Positions 28,401 through 64,000 of a stretch of 64,000 nt of DNA are shown piece after piece. How positions within the stretch are numbered: the first letter of the stretch is position 1; each line of letters begins with the position of its first letter. The position numbers were made by a program, and so were the translations under genes. The notes beneath the pieces are model-generated. The model ran no database searches and was not told the origin of the DNA. It saw only the letters and a list, made by a program, of their open reading frames with translations. This DNA is from Paraspadella gotoi (Eukaryota; Animalia; Chaetognatha), in NCBI GenBank assembly GCA_051294375.1, contig CM119271.1, positions 9,882,291-9,946,290 of the forward strand. The letters are read 5' to 3'.

Positions 28401-31400
28401 TTACTTTTCGTTCATTTATTTTCTATTAATTTTCTATTATTATTTTCTTAATTATCTGTTCCATTTTTTTAATCTATTTATATCTACAAACGAGATTCCT
28501 CCTGTCCTTTTGTTTTCCAAACCATGACCAAAACACTTCTAATCCCTACCGACCTCAAGCGGCGCGTTGATGATCTCGTCCAACTCTTCCCGGTTCCGCG
28601 ACAGCAGCAGCCGCGCCATCTCGAGGTTCCCGTCGACGACGGCGCGCTGCAGCAGCAGACGGTGCTTGTTCCTGGCGGCGTCGCTGAGGTGGCTGAGGAC
28701 GGAGGAGTCACGGAATTTGTAGAAGAGAGACATGAGAGCGAAGCCGGCCTGAAGGGTCGATTGGGCAAGTGGTATTTTTGGTTAAATACGTACAGACGGC
28801 CTTTTAAAAATTGAAGATTAGGAAGTTTGAGGATAATATTTCTAAATGACAAGCGTAACGTGTTAAAATGTACATGATAATATGTTGTGAATAAGTTTAG
28901 CAAGTATGCTGAAGATTACTATCAGTAAATTCTTGGCTTGGGACCAGGGACAACAATCTTCCGCATTGTAGTGATGTAACAGCACATGTTGGAAACGACT
29001 GTTCCTGCCACCAGGGCCGTAATAGCGCAACTCGGGTTCTTGCCCTTATCGAAACGGTCCTTGCAAAAAATGTGAGCGGGCGATAGCGAGCGGTAGCAAG
29101 CCAACCGCTGGACCCGAAGTTCCGAAAGCAAGGCGACTGACGGAAAATATCTCACACAGAGAGGCTCCTCTAGATAACTTCCGAAAGTCCATTGACAGCG
29201 CCCTTAATTTATCATAATTTTCAACCGACTTTTCACCGACATTCATTGTCCAATCCTTCGACCTGATAACCGACTGTCATCCCCAGCAACAGCGGAACTT
29301 TGAAGCACTCGAGGTCGTCGATGCTGGAGCAGTTGACCTTGACGCAATCCTTGGAGACGGAGTAGAACCAGAGGGAGACGAGGACGAAGTTCTCCAGCGC
29401 CGTCGCCGAGTTATGAAGCAGACTGTTCCAGAGGATCACTGAAGGATCCTGAATTGGAGGGTCGCGGGGGTATAGTCTATAGACTTGACAATGTGCAATT
29501 GTGCAAGCACAAGAATGGTTTTGTTTGTTTGTTTTTAAATTACCGTGTAGTTTGTATCCCTTTTTCTTTTATTTGTTTTATTAATATTAATTTTTTTGGT
29601 AAGTTTTTAAAATATCTACACGTGCCGATTTCAAATCGTTTAAAGTTTCCCCAGCCACCATCTCGGCTCAAAATTATCATTTGCATATTGTAGTCGTGCA
29701 AAATTGAATTTCTATTGGTTGATTTGTTATTTATTCCGAAAATTTGGCCCCAGGTGTTATAAAAATCTTCAATTTAATTGATACAATAAAACCAAATATT
29801 CGGCCGAATTATTTATTTAAAAAATAAGTTTCCGAAAACTTAATTAAAATAAATAAATTAATTAGCAACGACCGCTCATCACGACTTTAATATCTTTTGA
29901 TAAGTTTTGGAAGATCATAAAGGTCCCGAATTACTGCGGAGCTATCGAGAATGATTTCAGAATCCAGAAGAACGCCTCGTGCGGCTCATGACTGACATTC
30001 TGAAGTCCACGATCACAATATTTGAAACGGATCGTTTTCCTTATAGTATAATATCTTATTGATTCATCTACTCCTGATAAACCAATTAAAAGGAAACCAC
30101 AGAGATTTTCATAACCTCGTCACTTCTTCGGTTACGAAGAGCTCCCGCCCTGCTCACTGAGCACTCAATGGATGTGGTAGGTTCGCGTTTTCCGCTGCTG
30201 CGCCTCACTTTATTTCCTCACCTCAAAAGCGGGTTCTGCCTCGTCCGCCTCCACCCATCTTCCTTCTCTCTCCGAATAGCGTCGCGTCGGATACTCGAGA
30301 AACGTAAAATTGTAGATCCAACCTCTGGAGATGATTTGGAGAAAAACGCGATAGGGGTGTCGCTTGACGGGAGCATCGACGGCCGCGGATTCCCGCTGCT
30401 GCTGCGTCGGCGGCGGCTCCGACAGCTTGACTCCGAACGCCTTCAACGTCGACCGCAGCAGCCAACGCGGCCGCAGCTGTCGCCGCGTTTCCGGTTCCAG
30501 CTGCTCCAGTTCGAACTTGGCTCCGACGACGACGTGGAGAAAGACGAGGACGACGACGACGACGTGTCCGTAGTAAGCTTCGGCCGAGGCGAAGATGCCC
30601 AAGGCCAGGCAGCGACAGGCGATGGTGGGCAGGCGCCAGAGGAAGACCAAAGTTGAACCCCAGACGGTGAGGTTACGACGTAGAGGGTTGGCTTCGTACT
30701 GAAGAAGGGAGTGAGGGAGGAATGAATGTTTGTATAAATTTACTGATATATGCAAATGAGATTAACGTGCTCATTATATTTTGATATTAGGGTTTATTTC
30801 TACGTCCGCGATAGCGCGACCTTTTCAGCGTGACCCACCTTGTAGCAGGTGTAATCGCTGGCCGCGAGGGACAGAGACGCCAGCGAGGAACAGATGCTGA
30901 GGATCTGCAGCAACCCTTGGGGAGCGACGGTGATGAAGTAGATCTGCATTAGAGCTTGAGGAGCCGATTCGAGGAATGCCTCGAAGAATCGATCGTTGGA
31001 AAGATCGACGAGGTCGTGCAGCAGAACCTGAGGGTAAGGGGAATGGGTAAGGTGGGATTTTTGTCTAAGTCTCAAATTGAAAGGTAATTAATTAAAAGTT
31101 TAATCTAGCTACTTTCTATTTCCCAATGACATCTTTTATGCTACTTGTCATTAATAAATTATTAAAAATGGCAACAGAGAGAGTTTCTCCTCTGTTACCA
31201 TCGCAAAATAACCATCAAGAAGTCTTTATTAAATAAACAGTTGGTTTACGTTTGCGATATATCGATATATCGATCATTTAAATATTATTAATGTGATTTT
31301 TCCATCTTTTCGTTGCGTTTAATATTAAACATTCTTACAAAAAACGATTTTTAAACGGTTGTAATTAAATTTAAAATCGTTGTTTGTGAACAATAAATGT

Positions 31401-33868
31401 TACTTCAACCTTCTGATATTTTGATTTTACTCATGCCATCTCTTTACGTCTGAAGGTAACGATACTGGATCAGGTAAGCAGGTCAAGAAACTCGATTGGC
31501 ATTACAGTAAATGACAGACCCAAATACAAGATTCTACTTTTTAATGAACGTTAATTTAACTGTTCGGCAACGAAAAAGACCGACCGACTAACCGAGACTT
31601 TGACCGACCTCCATCTCTGATTTGGTCTCTCTCGTCTCATTCGTTCCCTCGCTCGATTGCTCCTTCTGCGTCCTCATCGCCTGCTCCATCAGCTGCTCCA
31701 GATTCATCTCCTCCAGCTCCTTCTTTTGCCGCAGCTGCTGCTGCTCCATCTCTTTTCGTTGCTGCAGCTCCTGTTCCTTCTTCTCTTGCTGCAGCTCCAA
31801 TTCCGCGGAGCTCTTGGCAGTCGCGCTAAAAATCGGTCTTTTTCATTAATTTAATTTACTAAATTTGACTAATAAATGACAATGCTATTGCCTTATAAGT
31901 CGCATTAATTTCATTTTGCGCATTATCGCGCGACAAAGCGATAGATAGTGACAATAACATAAATTATCAACAACTGATCAAACTCAACAGTTCCGACCTT
32001 CTGCGCATCGCCGGAGTCGACACAGGGGTCCTCGGGAGGCCCAACTGGTCGTCCGCTTCCTGCAAACCCTTGGTCGGAACGGATGATTGCAAAGGCTCGT
32101 CGGCGGAAGCGAGATCTGAGAGCGAAAATAACATTGGAAAGAAAATGAATAGAAAAGAAAAGAAAAGAAAAAGAAAAGTAAAAAAAAATGTAGGCTCAAG
32201 CAATGAGCAAGCAAGAAAACGAGCAAAAAACGCCAACCAAGAACGCCCTCTTCCTAGTCATTCACCTCTTTCCCTCGGCGTCATTTTTTTCTTTCTCGAT
32301 CGGCTTTTCGCGTCGTCGTTGTCGTCGTCGTCGTCGTCGCGCCCTTCCACTTTTCTTCCTTCCTCGTCGAATTCGCTGTGGTCGGAATCCGTGTAGAAAA
32401 AATCTTCGTCGTTGGAGTAATGTTCTTCGTCGGCGTCTTCGCCTTTGGCTTCGTTGAGGGAATCGTCGCCGCCGCTGCCGCTGCCGCCGCCGCCGACGCC
32501 GCCGACCCCGCTGTCCTTACCGTCGATGTCTTCGTCGCCCTCGTTGATATAAAATACGCTTCTCTTTTGTTTCTCCTCTTCCTCCTCCTCTTCCTCCTCC
32601 TCCTCCATCTTCTCGAAATCCGTCTTCCTCTTTCGACGACCGAAAAACCAAAACTTGACTTTTCTATTTTTAGACTTTGGCTCGTCGTCGTCGTCGTCGT
32701 CGTTGCTGCTGTAGTCGTTGACGAACTTCAACATCTCGCCCTTCATCTTGTCCAGCTTGACGAGGATGACGACGACTCTGGCCTGACGACAGATCATGAA
32801 GACGGGCATGAAGGTGAGCAGGAAGAGTTTGAGGAGCGGACGAAGCGGTTTGCGGAGAAAGAAACGGAAGAACTGTTGGAGGAGATTGTCAACATAATGA
32901 ATTGTAATGTAAACAAAGAAACATTTTGAGTAACGGAATTAGTTATGACTGATAGAAAGTCAAAATGTAAACAAAAATATGGAGAAAAATTAGGAAAGGA
33001 GAAAAGTAAACAATTAATTTTGAAACTTAAAAATCGGAGAAATTATACAAACGAGTGAAAAATTGGGATGTAAAAAGAGAACAAAGAATTAAACTGAATA
33101 AAAGTCCGAGCATGTTGACAAATAAGCTCACTTATTTTTTTTAAATCTTAATCATGAGGACGAAAAGAAACTGGAACATGAAACATACAAGCTTTATCCA
33201 AATTTATTATACTGTATTTGAAAATATTAATAAATAAAATAAAATCCCAAAAAATCCTCGAATCACCGCCGGCATGGCCCGAGCCTGTTCCTGGACCGAG
33301 AGCGCCTCCAGCGGCGGGGTCGCCTTGAAGAAGTGCAGCAAATAAGAGACGACGAGCCTTTCCGAGGGAAGGCCTATCACTTTGACCGCGAGAGGGAGAT
33401 AAACGAAGAGAAGCGTCAGGACTCCGTACGAGGTAGTTAAACTCGACGTCAGGTACGTCTCCGAGACCTGATTTAAGAAGTGGGCGTGGAAAAATTGGCG
33501 GGAAATAGGGGGCGTGGCTTACATTACGAAAACATGTTTGTTAATTTTACTAATTACGTCAATGAATGAGTTTACCACAACGTAATGCCCACCTTTTTTT
33601 TAATTTTACACATCGACTGATTAAATTAATCAGTAGTTATATTAGTAATTATATTTTATTATATTATATTTTATTATATATTAGTATATTAGTAATTATA
33701 CTATAGGAGGATAGTTTAAACAGCCATTAAATAATTATTTTTAAATATTATGTATTAAACACGTCGGCTGACCTCGAAATCTGTGACGATGTCCACGACC
33801 ATCATTAGCAAACTGACGATTTTCCGAAAAATAAAAAAGTAGAACAAAAATCTGTCTTGATTTATCAT
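24265..33868 (-). CDS. XK-related (Xkr/CED-8 family) multi-pass membrane protein fused to a C-terminal ankyrin-repeat array, ~1253 aa, 14 exons
   Basis: Exons 33868-33773, 33467-33267, 32872-32266, 32115-31998, 31825-31609, 31027-30839, 30698-30222, 29448-29263, 28748-28554, 28191-27928, 27480-27274, 25936-25829, 25705-25415 and 24870-24265, all GT-AG and phase-consistent (3762 nt). XK motifs: DIVTD..V..Y..YGVLTLLFVYLP, FFEAFLESAPQALMQIY, LWRL...RCLALGIFAS, ALENFVLVSLWF and GFALMSLFYKF. Ankyrin motifs: GATALHFAAEKG, GWTPLHHAADAG, GETALMRAADSG, GRTALMIACRRG, GRTLLHLAAARG and GKTALDVA. Confidence 0.85.
24997..25214. mobile_element. 218-bp MITE-like hairpin element with ~80-bp terminal inverted repeats and a 4-bp target-site duplication (TCAT)
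   Basis: Left arm tgaggcgacttaccaccggtct..gagccggtctattcca.acggtc pairs with right arm gaccgtatggaatagaccggctc..agaccggtggtaagtcgcctca. TCAT flanks both ends (24993-24996 and 25215-25218). Related cores lie at ~61608-61795 and ~62255-62370. Confidence 0.8.
26153..26354 (+). mobile_element. ~200-bp interspersed repeat family (SINE-like or non-autonomous element), 5 copies in the window
   Basis: gaaattggtacaaccaatat..tccattca..gactttggacaggct..cccagagtacctggctt recurs at ~34330-34505, ~42641-42728 (inverted, partial), ~51274-51334 (partial) and ~63004-63179. Confidence 0.75.
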
Positions 33869-33994
33869 TGTTTTTAATTAAGCTCAGATGATAGCATTTT
33901 TTTTTTTTTTTAATTTAATGAGCTAAAAAAAAGTCCCTCCCGTGTCCCAGGGACTATTTATTGTCTCTATCTCTTCTCTACGTCTTACACGCGA

Positions 33995-34036
<42 letters not shown>

Positions 34037-34923
34037 ACTTTCTCTCTCTCTCTCTCTCTCTCTCTTCCTTGGAATCTCGAAACGGAACCAAACTTTTCTC
34101 TCGGCGCGTCGATCCCTCGAATTTTTTTTTTTTTTTTTTTTTTTTTTTGACGCACGAGATCGGCGGGAGTTTCGATCGTAGATCGGGAAACTAGGGTATG
34201 AAGATATCAATTTGTTTTGTCTTGTTTTGTTTTGTCTTTATATATTTTTTTTCATATTTTATTCGTTTTAGTCCCGCTACAAGCAGTCGCTAATTTTGTT
34301 TAATTTATTTCCTTCAAAATTGTTGCCAAAATATCAAAATTGATCGATTGATTCAATAACTAAGATATCTTGTCCCCTGAGTTAGGACAATCTAAGTCTG
34401 CTAAGTGGCTAAATACGTTCATTCCTCTAACAAGATGCTGCAAGATATTAATCAAGGCTCTTTCACAGTCTAGTTTTATTGCCTCCCAGAGTGCTTGACT
34501 TTCTAGTGAATAAAGGAGAAAATGTGAAAAAAAATATAAAAATGTATAATTTAAAAGCGTATTTTTTTAAAAGTGCAGTCAAGAATGAAGATTATTAGGT
34601 GTGTACGTCTTGAATGTAATAATAATCGATTGATCGAAATATTTTTCATAATAGTAATAGTAATAGTAATACCACGTAAAGTACAAACTTTAAATGAAAT
34701 CATCTTCTTGCAATAATTTTTTTAAATAAAAAAAATCGTTGTTTGTAAACAATAAAAACTTTGCTTTCTCAAAATGAAAAAAGTAAAAAAATACATAAGT
34801 TAGAAAAATTTATGATCCATAATTTTCAAACGTTTCTCATTTCAGTTTACTTGTATTATTTAACCAAAAAGATAAACTAAAAGAATAAAATCAAATATTT
34901 GAATTTAAAATCAAGTTCAACGA

Positions 34924-35496
34924 TTATGAACAGAAATGGGGCGCTTTTTGAAAAATCTGCCGACATTTGTATGGATAAATCTGTAAATCAGAGTGAAGTT
35001 GGCCCCAATCATCCAGAGCTCTGAGCTCCTCTGAAAAGTTAAAACGAAAATTGCGATCGATAATTCAGTCAATTTAATTTAATTTACAAACAAATAAATG
35101 TATAAATAAATAATAAACCAATAAATTTAAGGAATAAATCTATTAAGAAATCGGTAAATTAATCAGCACAAATCATCATCATCATCATCATCGTCATCAT
35201 CGTCATCGTCCAACCTTTTCCATCTATCGTCAATCTGAATCCAATCAGATCTACTCGGTCCTCAGATTCCGCGGGGAACCGAATCCCGAAGTCGTTGCCC
35301 GAATTCTTTTTCACGTCTCCGAATCTGAACTCGCGGGAAACGAACGCCCAACGTCCCGGTTTCAAGTTGGGGAAAAAGTCCGTGACCAATCTGAGGGTAT
35401 GAAGAATGTAAAGATGGGTGGTCTCATCGCGGATGGAATCAGAACCGAAAATGGAATCCCGGTCGACTTACGAAAATGAAATTGTAAGAATTGGAG

Positions 35497-35542
<46 letters not shown>

Positions 35543-38485
35543 GTTGTAGGAGAGAGAGAGACAAAAAAAAGTTGGAGAGATCGTGAGATAGAGTTGAAGA
35601 TAGATCGACAAAATGGAGATCGGGTGAGAGTGGAGGATACTCTTAAAACGCTTCTCAAAAATTGTCAAGTATTACTTTTTGCCTTTGTGAGATAGTATAC
35701 ACTTTTGTAACGATTTTATCCCAACTCATAATTCTTTGATTTAATTGAATGAATCTTCAATGAATGTATTTATATGTAGTAAAAAATACCTCTTGCTGAA
35801 AAGTAAGGCCGGTCCCGTGTGTTCGGTGAAGTTTCGATCAACGCGAATCCAAGTCGATATCTGCAGAAGATCGATGATAAGGAAGAGCAATTGCAAAGCG
35901 TCACATCGAATTGAATTTTTTTGTATTTTTAAATAGTTACATATTTGCATATTGCACGATAAGCATCCCATAGTATATCACTTATATCCCTGGAGTTACC
36001 TAAAACGATTAATAACGAAGCGCAGGGCCTCTTTTATAAATGATCACATGCGAGAAACATATGCGCAAGATGCATCTCATGACAAATCACATGCGATGTA
36101 ACTTAAAACAACTATGTAACAAGGCATATGTTCAATGTTCATCTATAAGTCACTTTTCGGTCGGTCTGTCGGTCCGTTGGTCTGTCCCACTTACGTTAAA
36201 AATGAATATAATTTGCCTATAGTTGGTTGCTAATTTGTTGAGAGAAAAACAAAATCTCAAATCTAAGGGACCGCTTAGATTTGAGATTTGCCGGCTTCAG
36301 GAATTCCTAAAACTAGTATAACTTATAGCATAAGGAATAATGCAGTGCATGTCATAAATACATGGGCAAAGAAAGTTAGTTAGCCATGTCATGTCCTGTC
36401 AGGTCACATTGGAATTAGCGTTCTTGTTAAAGAAATGAGGAAATCGTCTTTTCTCACCCGCAAGATCGAATTGGTCTCCAAATTCTTTATTCGCCAAACA
36501 ATTCTGATTTCTTCCTCGGGGCATTTCTCACTTCGGCGCAAGGGAATATAAAAACCTTCTCTTGAAGGGTTCGACTCGTCTGATAACAAAGTACTAATAC
36601 ATAATTAAGACGTTTTTGTAATAATTTACGGATAAAAATATTTAATGAAAAATTGTTTTACTATACTAGACTTTAAAACTTTATATTAAAATTTAAAAAT
36701 AAATGTAAAAATTTTAATAAATTTCACGATATATTAGATTTAATTGTATTCTTTATGTAAAGTATATTCTTTTATAATCTAATGGGGAGAGGGATGTTAG
36801 TGTTGTCTTCTGGATATAGAGGAAGCATCTATATAACACAAAGTTAAAAGTTACTTTCTGCCCTAGTTTTCTAATTAGATATTAGACATCATTCTTGTTA
36901 AGAAGTCATTTATTGAAAATTTCAAAATATCTAAAAATCTGTACAGAAAGGGGTGGAGAGGATAATAATTTGTTATCGAATTAAGGTTATTAATGATTCG
37001 CAATTGTTGAGGGTTAAGACTACAAAGTAGAATTTTATGTTCTGATAGTGAAACATACCGGGGAAAGCTTATATATAAGGGGCGTCCTTATATGTATATT
37101 AGATGTAAATTTGATTGTCTTTTATTTGTTATTCTTATATTTTAAATAGAATGATAGGATAGAATGATGGGATGATCAATATTAATGAAGTTGGATGTTT
37201 TTTTTTTAATAAATCAGTCAATAAAAAATTCAATCAGCTACTAAATCAATCAATCCCATGATTGATTTCCATTATTTTCGAATCATTTACTTTTTCGGTA
37301 CAATTTCCCAGGCTCCCGGCATTGTGAACTTTCGTTCGCCTCGGAAGTAACGTTATTGCAAACGTCCTTCTTGGCGGTAAATTGACAAACGCGACCGATT
37401 CTGCCGTCCTCAAGGATGACGTCCTGCAAGAAATACAATAAGGATCACGTTCCTTCGATAGATGATATGACACTTCAAAACCTTTAAGATGAATCCATCA
37501 AAGTTTCCATCGGATCGGATAAACAGTGCGGCGCATTCTGTCACTGAAGATACAGTCTGTCTTGTGATGTTTACGCAATCGTTATTTTTGTGGTCGTTCG
37601 AACCTTTAGATTCGGGAAATGAAAGGATGATGTACCTGTTAGTTACTTGGTTAATAGACGAGACACTGCCCACTGCCAATACTAAGAGACCTTATAAAAT
37701 TTCATTGTATTTTTAGAATTAATTATGAACAGTAAGGCGTAGTGAAAGTTACATACGAAAATTCTAAAAGTCAATTATGAACAACATACCATCAGTGAAC
37801 ATTAATTTGTAAAAAAAAATAATTTTATGTTTTTTTAATTTTCGCAGTAGGCTATATTTACTATCCTTATAAAATCGAAAAATTTCAAAATAGGATTTTC
37901 TTAATTTTGATTGCATATTTGAATAAAAAACTATATTTAATATATAAAAAGTTAATTTTCAGCTTAAAATATAGCTTTTTCTAATTTTTGACCTACTTAA
38001 TGAAGGAATTTTTCAAAAAGAGTTATATTTCTTTTTATTAACTTTTTACGACGAATCCAAATCCGCCAAAAAATCTTTGAAAAAAATGTTTTGAAATTTT
38101 AACATTTATTGGTTTAGTACTAGTATAAATATGGCCTACTGCGTAAATTGTAAAATTTATTATAAATTTTTTATTACTTAAATGTTCATTAGTATAATAT
38201 TGTTCGTTCCTTACTTTTAGAATTTTAATTAAAGTTAAATTTAGAAATTTTACTACGCCTTACTGCCCAGTGAATAAGGTCAGGAGGAAACACTAAGAGA
38301 CCTTATAAAATTTCATTGTATTTTTAGAATTAAATATGAACAGTGCTGTCTTTACCCACGAAAATGTTCGGTTTGATAAACTGCTCATTTGGAATTGAAA
38401 GTTCATCCGCTCTGGTCGTGAGAACTTTGAAGAAGAAGACGAAGGCGCATAAAATATGTAGTTTGAGTTTACAACGACGACGCAT
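34924..38485 (-). CDS. putative secreted/membrane-targeted protein of unknown function, ~315 aa, 7 exons, with a Cys-containing PAN/apple-like segment
   Basis: Exons 38485-38356, 37690-37482, 37423-37291, 36579-36458, 35860-35790, 35390-35215 and 35030-34924 join GT-AG with matching phases into one 948-nt ORF. The N-terminus MRRRCKLKLHILCAFVFFFKVLTTRA looks like a signal peptide. DCVNITRQTVSSVTECAALF..GFIL..CQF resembles a degenerate PAN module. I recognise no family with certainty, and alternative splice frames exist. Confidence 0.5.
37730..38265. mobile_element. 536-bp AT-rich foldback/MITE-type DNA transposon
   Basis: Perfect 14-bp terminal inverted repeat CAGTAAGGCGTAGT/ACTACGCCTTACTG, plus internal symmetry (aaaattctaaaagt; cgcagtaggc/gcctactgcg). 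A second copy lies at 20441-20805. Confidence 0.8.
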
Positions 38486-39051
38486 CCCTTTATCCTCAAA
38501 GGATCCCATTTTGTTACCAGGGTATTCACGGCCCAAGGATAAACGTCTCAGTTCCCGCCGACGCTGTCTTAAAACAAGCAGGAATTGTCAATAGAAAGGG
38601 TCAAAAGTTTGATTTGAGAACTTTCCCAAAAAAAATTTTATTCGTTTTGGAAAAACTTAATAATTTAGAAGAAAAAATTATGATTTTTTTTTAAATTTGA
38701 TTCAAATTTTGAATTTGTTAATTGTAATTCACTGACAAAATATAAAAATTTATAAAATTACAATAATTTTATTCTTTAATTAACTTTTCAAGCAAGATCA
38801 GAATTTATTAGTACTTAAAAGAAAACTTTTATAATTTTATTATTTAAACACACTTTTTTATTATTTTTTACGGATTTATTTAATGCATTTGAATTTAGCG
38901 CTATTCGCTTGGATTAAAATACTGATAACTTATGACAAAAAATCGATTTTTGGAAACACATGAAAAGTTAAATAAAAAGGAGAGATACGTAATCCGAAAT
39001 GGGTTGACTCGTGAAAATCGATGCAACGGCCCATTATCATATTACTCAAAT

Positions 39052-39114
<63 letters not shown>

Positions 39115-39694
39115 GAGATTGTATTGTTTTACTATTTACCTTTTGTCGTTCCCCATCTACCTTAGTTTGAACCGTTCCTGATATAAAATAATAATCCAAT
39201 GGGTCCGATCGTTCGATCTGGGCATTGCAGACAACCCGGCAGTTTCATGTTACTATAATACCCCCATTTTATTGGTTTCATCGCTCCAGTTGAATTTTAG
39301 TTAGTTGAGAGTTGAGACAAAAGATCGCCCTTCCTACAGAACCAAGAAACAGGATTTGATATCAAGCCAAACCAGCTCGTCTCTAATCTATTAAGCTGAT
39401 ACTTGACCGGAACGACTATGAAAATGTGAACTAATACGACGACGAGGACGACGACGACAACAACAACAACAAAGTTTTTTTACTAACCATTTTAAGTGCT
39501 CGCTTATTTAAATTACTACGATACGGATTAACCATTTCTTTCGAAAAGTATATATTTTTAAACTCTAATATTTAAAAATGTTATTCTATTTTTCAAAGAA
39601 CAAATTGAAATTCTTCTCGGTAATGTACGATTGCTTCTTCCACAAGATTGATATTCTGTGTACAGAAAGCTGGGCTCGGACGTTATTAGGCAAT

Positions 39695-39754
39695 TGCGCA
39701 TGCGCGAATCATTTCGGGCGCCATGTTTTCTCTCCGCCATTTTGAACGAGGAGC

Positions 39755-39767
<13 letters not shown>
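39695..39767. promoter_or_regulatory. cluster of housekeeping-promoter motifs (NRF1-like, YY1-like, ETS/GC-box-like)
   Basis: TGCGCATGCGC at 39695-39705, GCGCCATGTT at ~39718, CCGCCATTTT at 39734-39743, and CACTTCCGCCCC at 39756-39767 overlapping the PP2A-A-like stop codon. Confidence 0.4.
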
Positions 39768-54827
<15,060 letters not shown>

Positions 54828-55751
54828 CGCGACGAATGAGATGCTCCGATGCTTATCGCGATTTTGAATACTGTATTGTAACGTTTTATCGCAATAAACT
54901 ACGTTAACAATTGATCAGAGAGGACGATATATCGAAAAATATTACTAGTTGGCTAAAAAAAAAAATCTAAAAAATCTAAATCTAAAAAAAAATCTTTCAA
55001 GAATCATTAATCAGCTTTGGATCGAAAATGTATTTTTATTCAATGGTATTCAAAGTCATCGCAGATCATTAGCGTTAATTCTATTCACAAACAAGAGTCA
55101 GTAAAAACAAAGCAAAAAAATTAACATTTTTTAAGACGTTCAGGCAGAAGGAAAGTCGAACCAGAACACACTGTATCAATCGAGTCCGAGCGAACCAGTC
55201 GCTCGATAGAGTTTAGGAATTTTAAAAATTCTCAAAATGTGGAATCACTTTGTACGACATTCATTTTCTTTAATTTTTTTACCATCTCTTTTCTTTTTTC
55301 CTTTCATTCTCTTTTCCTTTCCTACTCGTTTCCCCCCCACTGTTTCTACCCCTAATTTCCTCTTTTACTTTTTTCCCCATCTTCTAAAACCTTCTTTTAT
55401 TATCTCTTTAATTGTGGATAAGGCGCTGAGTGGGGCCGAAGAGTGCTATCCGCAACTTCTTTAACCACTCTAGAAGCCATGAAACGGGTCCTGGGCTCGG
55501 AACCAGGCTTGAGGGTTTTCCACGCCCCCAAGGCTTCTTTTTCTTTTTGCCCTTCTTCCTCCCTCTGACATTCTTCCTCTTCCCTTTACCCTTCCCTTCT
55601 TTTTTCGCCCTTCCCTTTCTACTACTTCAAGCTTTCTTACATCTCCATTTTAATTTCTTCTTCCACTTCTTACTTTCTTACCTAACCTCTTCCCTCTTTC
55701 ACTTCCTCTTCCTTTCCCCTCCTCCCCCTTCCTTCCTCCCTCTTTCCTCCC

Positions 55752-63883
<8,132 letters not shown>

Positions 63884-64000
63884 CTGAGAGACGGAAACGT
63901 GGATGTTCAAATGTATGAATGGATATTAATATACTGTTTTGAAAAAATAACGATGTATTAAAAAAAAACTAATAAAAGAGAACTATTAAACAAACTAGAG

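Noticed and set aside
28922-29155. 77-aa Cys-containing minus-strand ORF in an XK-ankyrin intron (possible ankyrin-less alternative last exon)
   Set aside because: I found no phase-0 acceptor placing it in frame with exon 29448-29263, and it lacks the XK terminal helix motif.

Overview
This is eukaryotic DNA from an unidentified invertebrate animal, with GC-rich exons, AT-rich introns and many (GA)n, (GATA)n and (GAC)n microsatellites. All gene models were spliced by hand and phase-checked, and homologies are recognised from remembered family motifs rather than database searches. In order: (1) the 3' half of an ADAM metalloprotease gene (+, 36-17939), with a ~3.1 kb false-looking duplication around N-gaps; (2) a strongly diverged two-exon Mago nashi homologue (-, 22958-23810) whose first exon is missing from the ORF track; (3) a 14-exon gene (-, 24265-33868) fusing an XK-related/Xkr scramblase-type membrane domain to a long ankyrin-repeat tail; (4) a putative 7-exon secreted-protein gene (-, 34924-38485) carrying a foldback transposon insertion; (5) a 16-exon diverged PP2A scaffold A-subunit gene (-, 39755-54827) that hosts two nested opposite-strand genes, an intronless orphan ORF (47688-48299) and a secreted polyprotein (51001-52307) encoding five tandem 21-aa amidated amphipathic cationic peptides; (6) a 5'-truncated RNI-like leucine-rich-repeat gene (-, 55752-63883). 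The best candidates for new biology are the nested cecropin-like multi-peptide precursor, the Xkr-ankyrin fusion and the Mago paralogue that has lost its eIF4A3-contact motifs.
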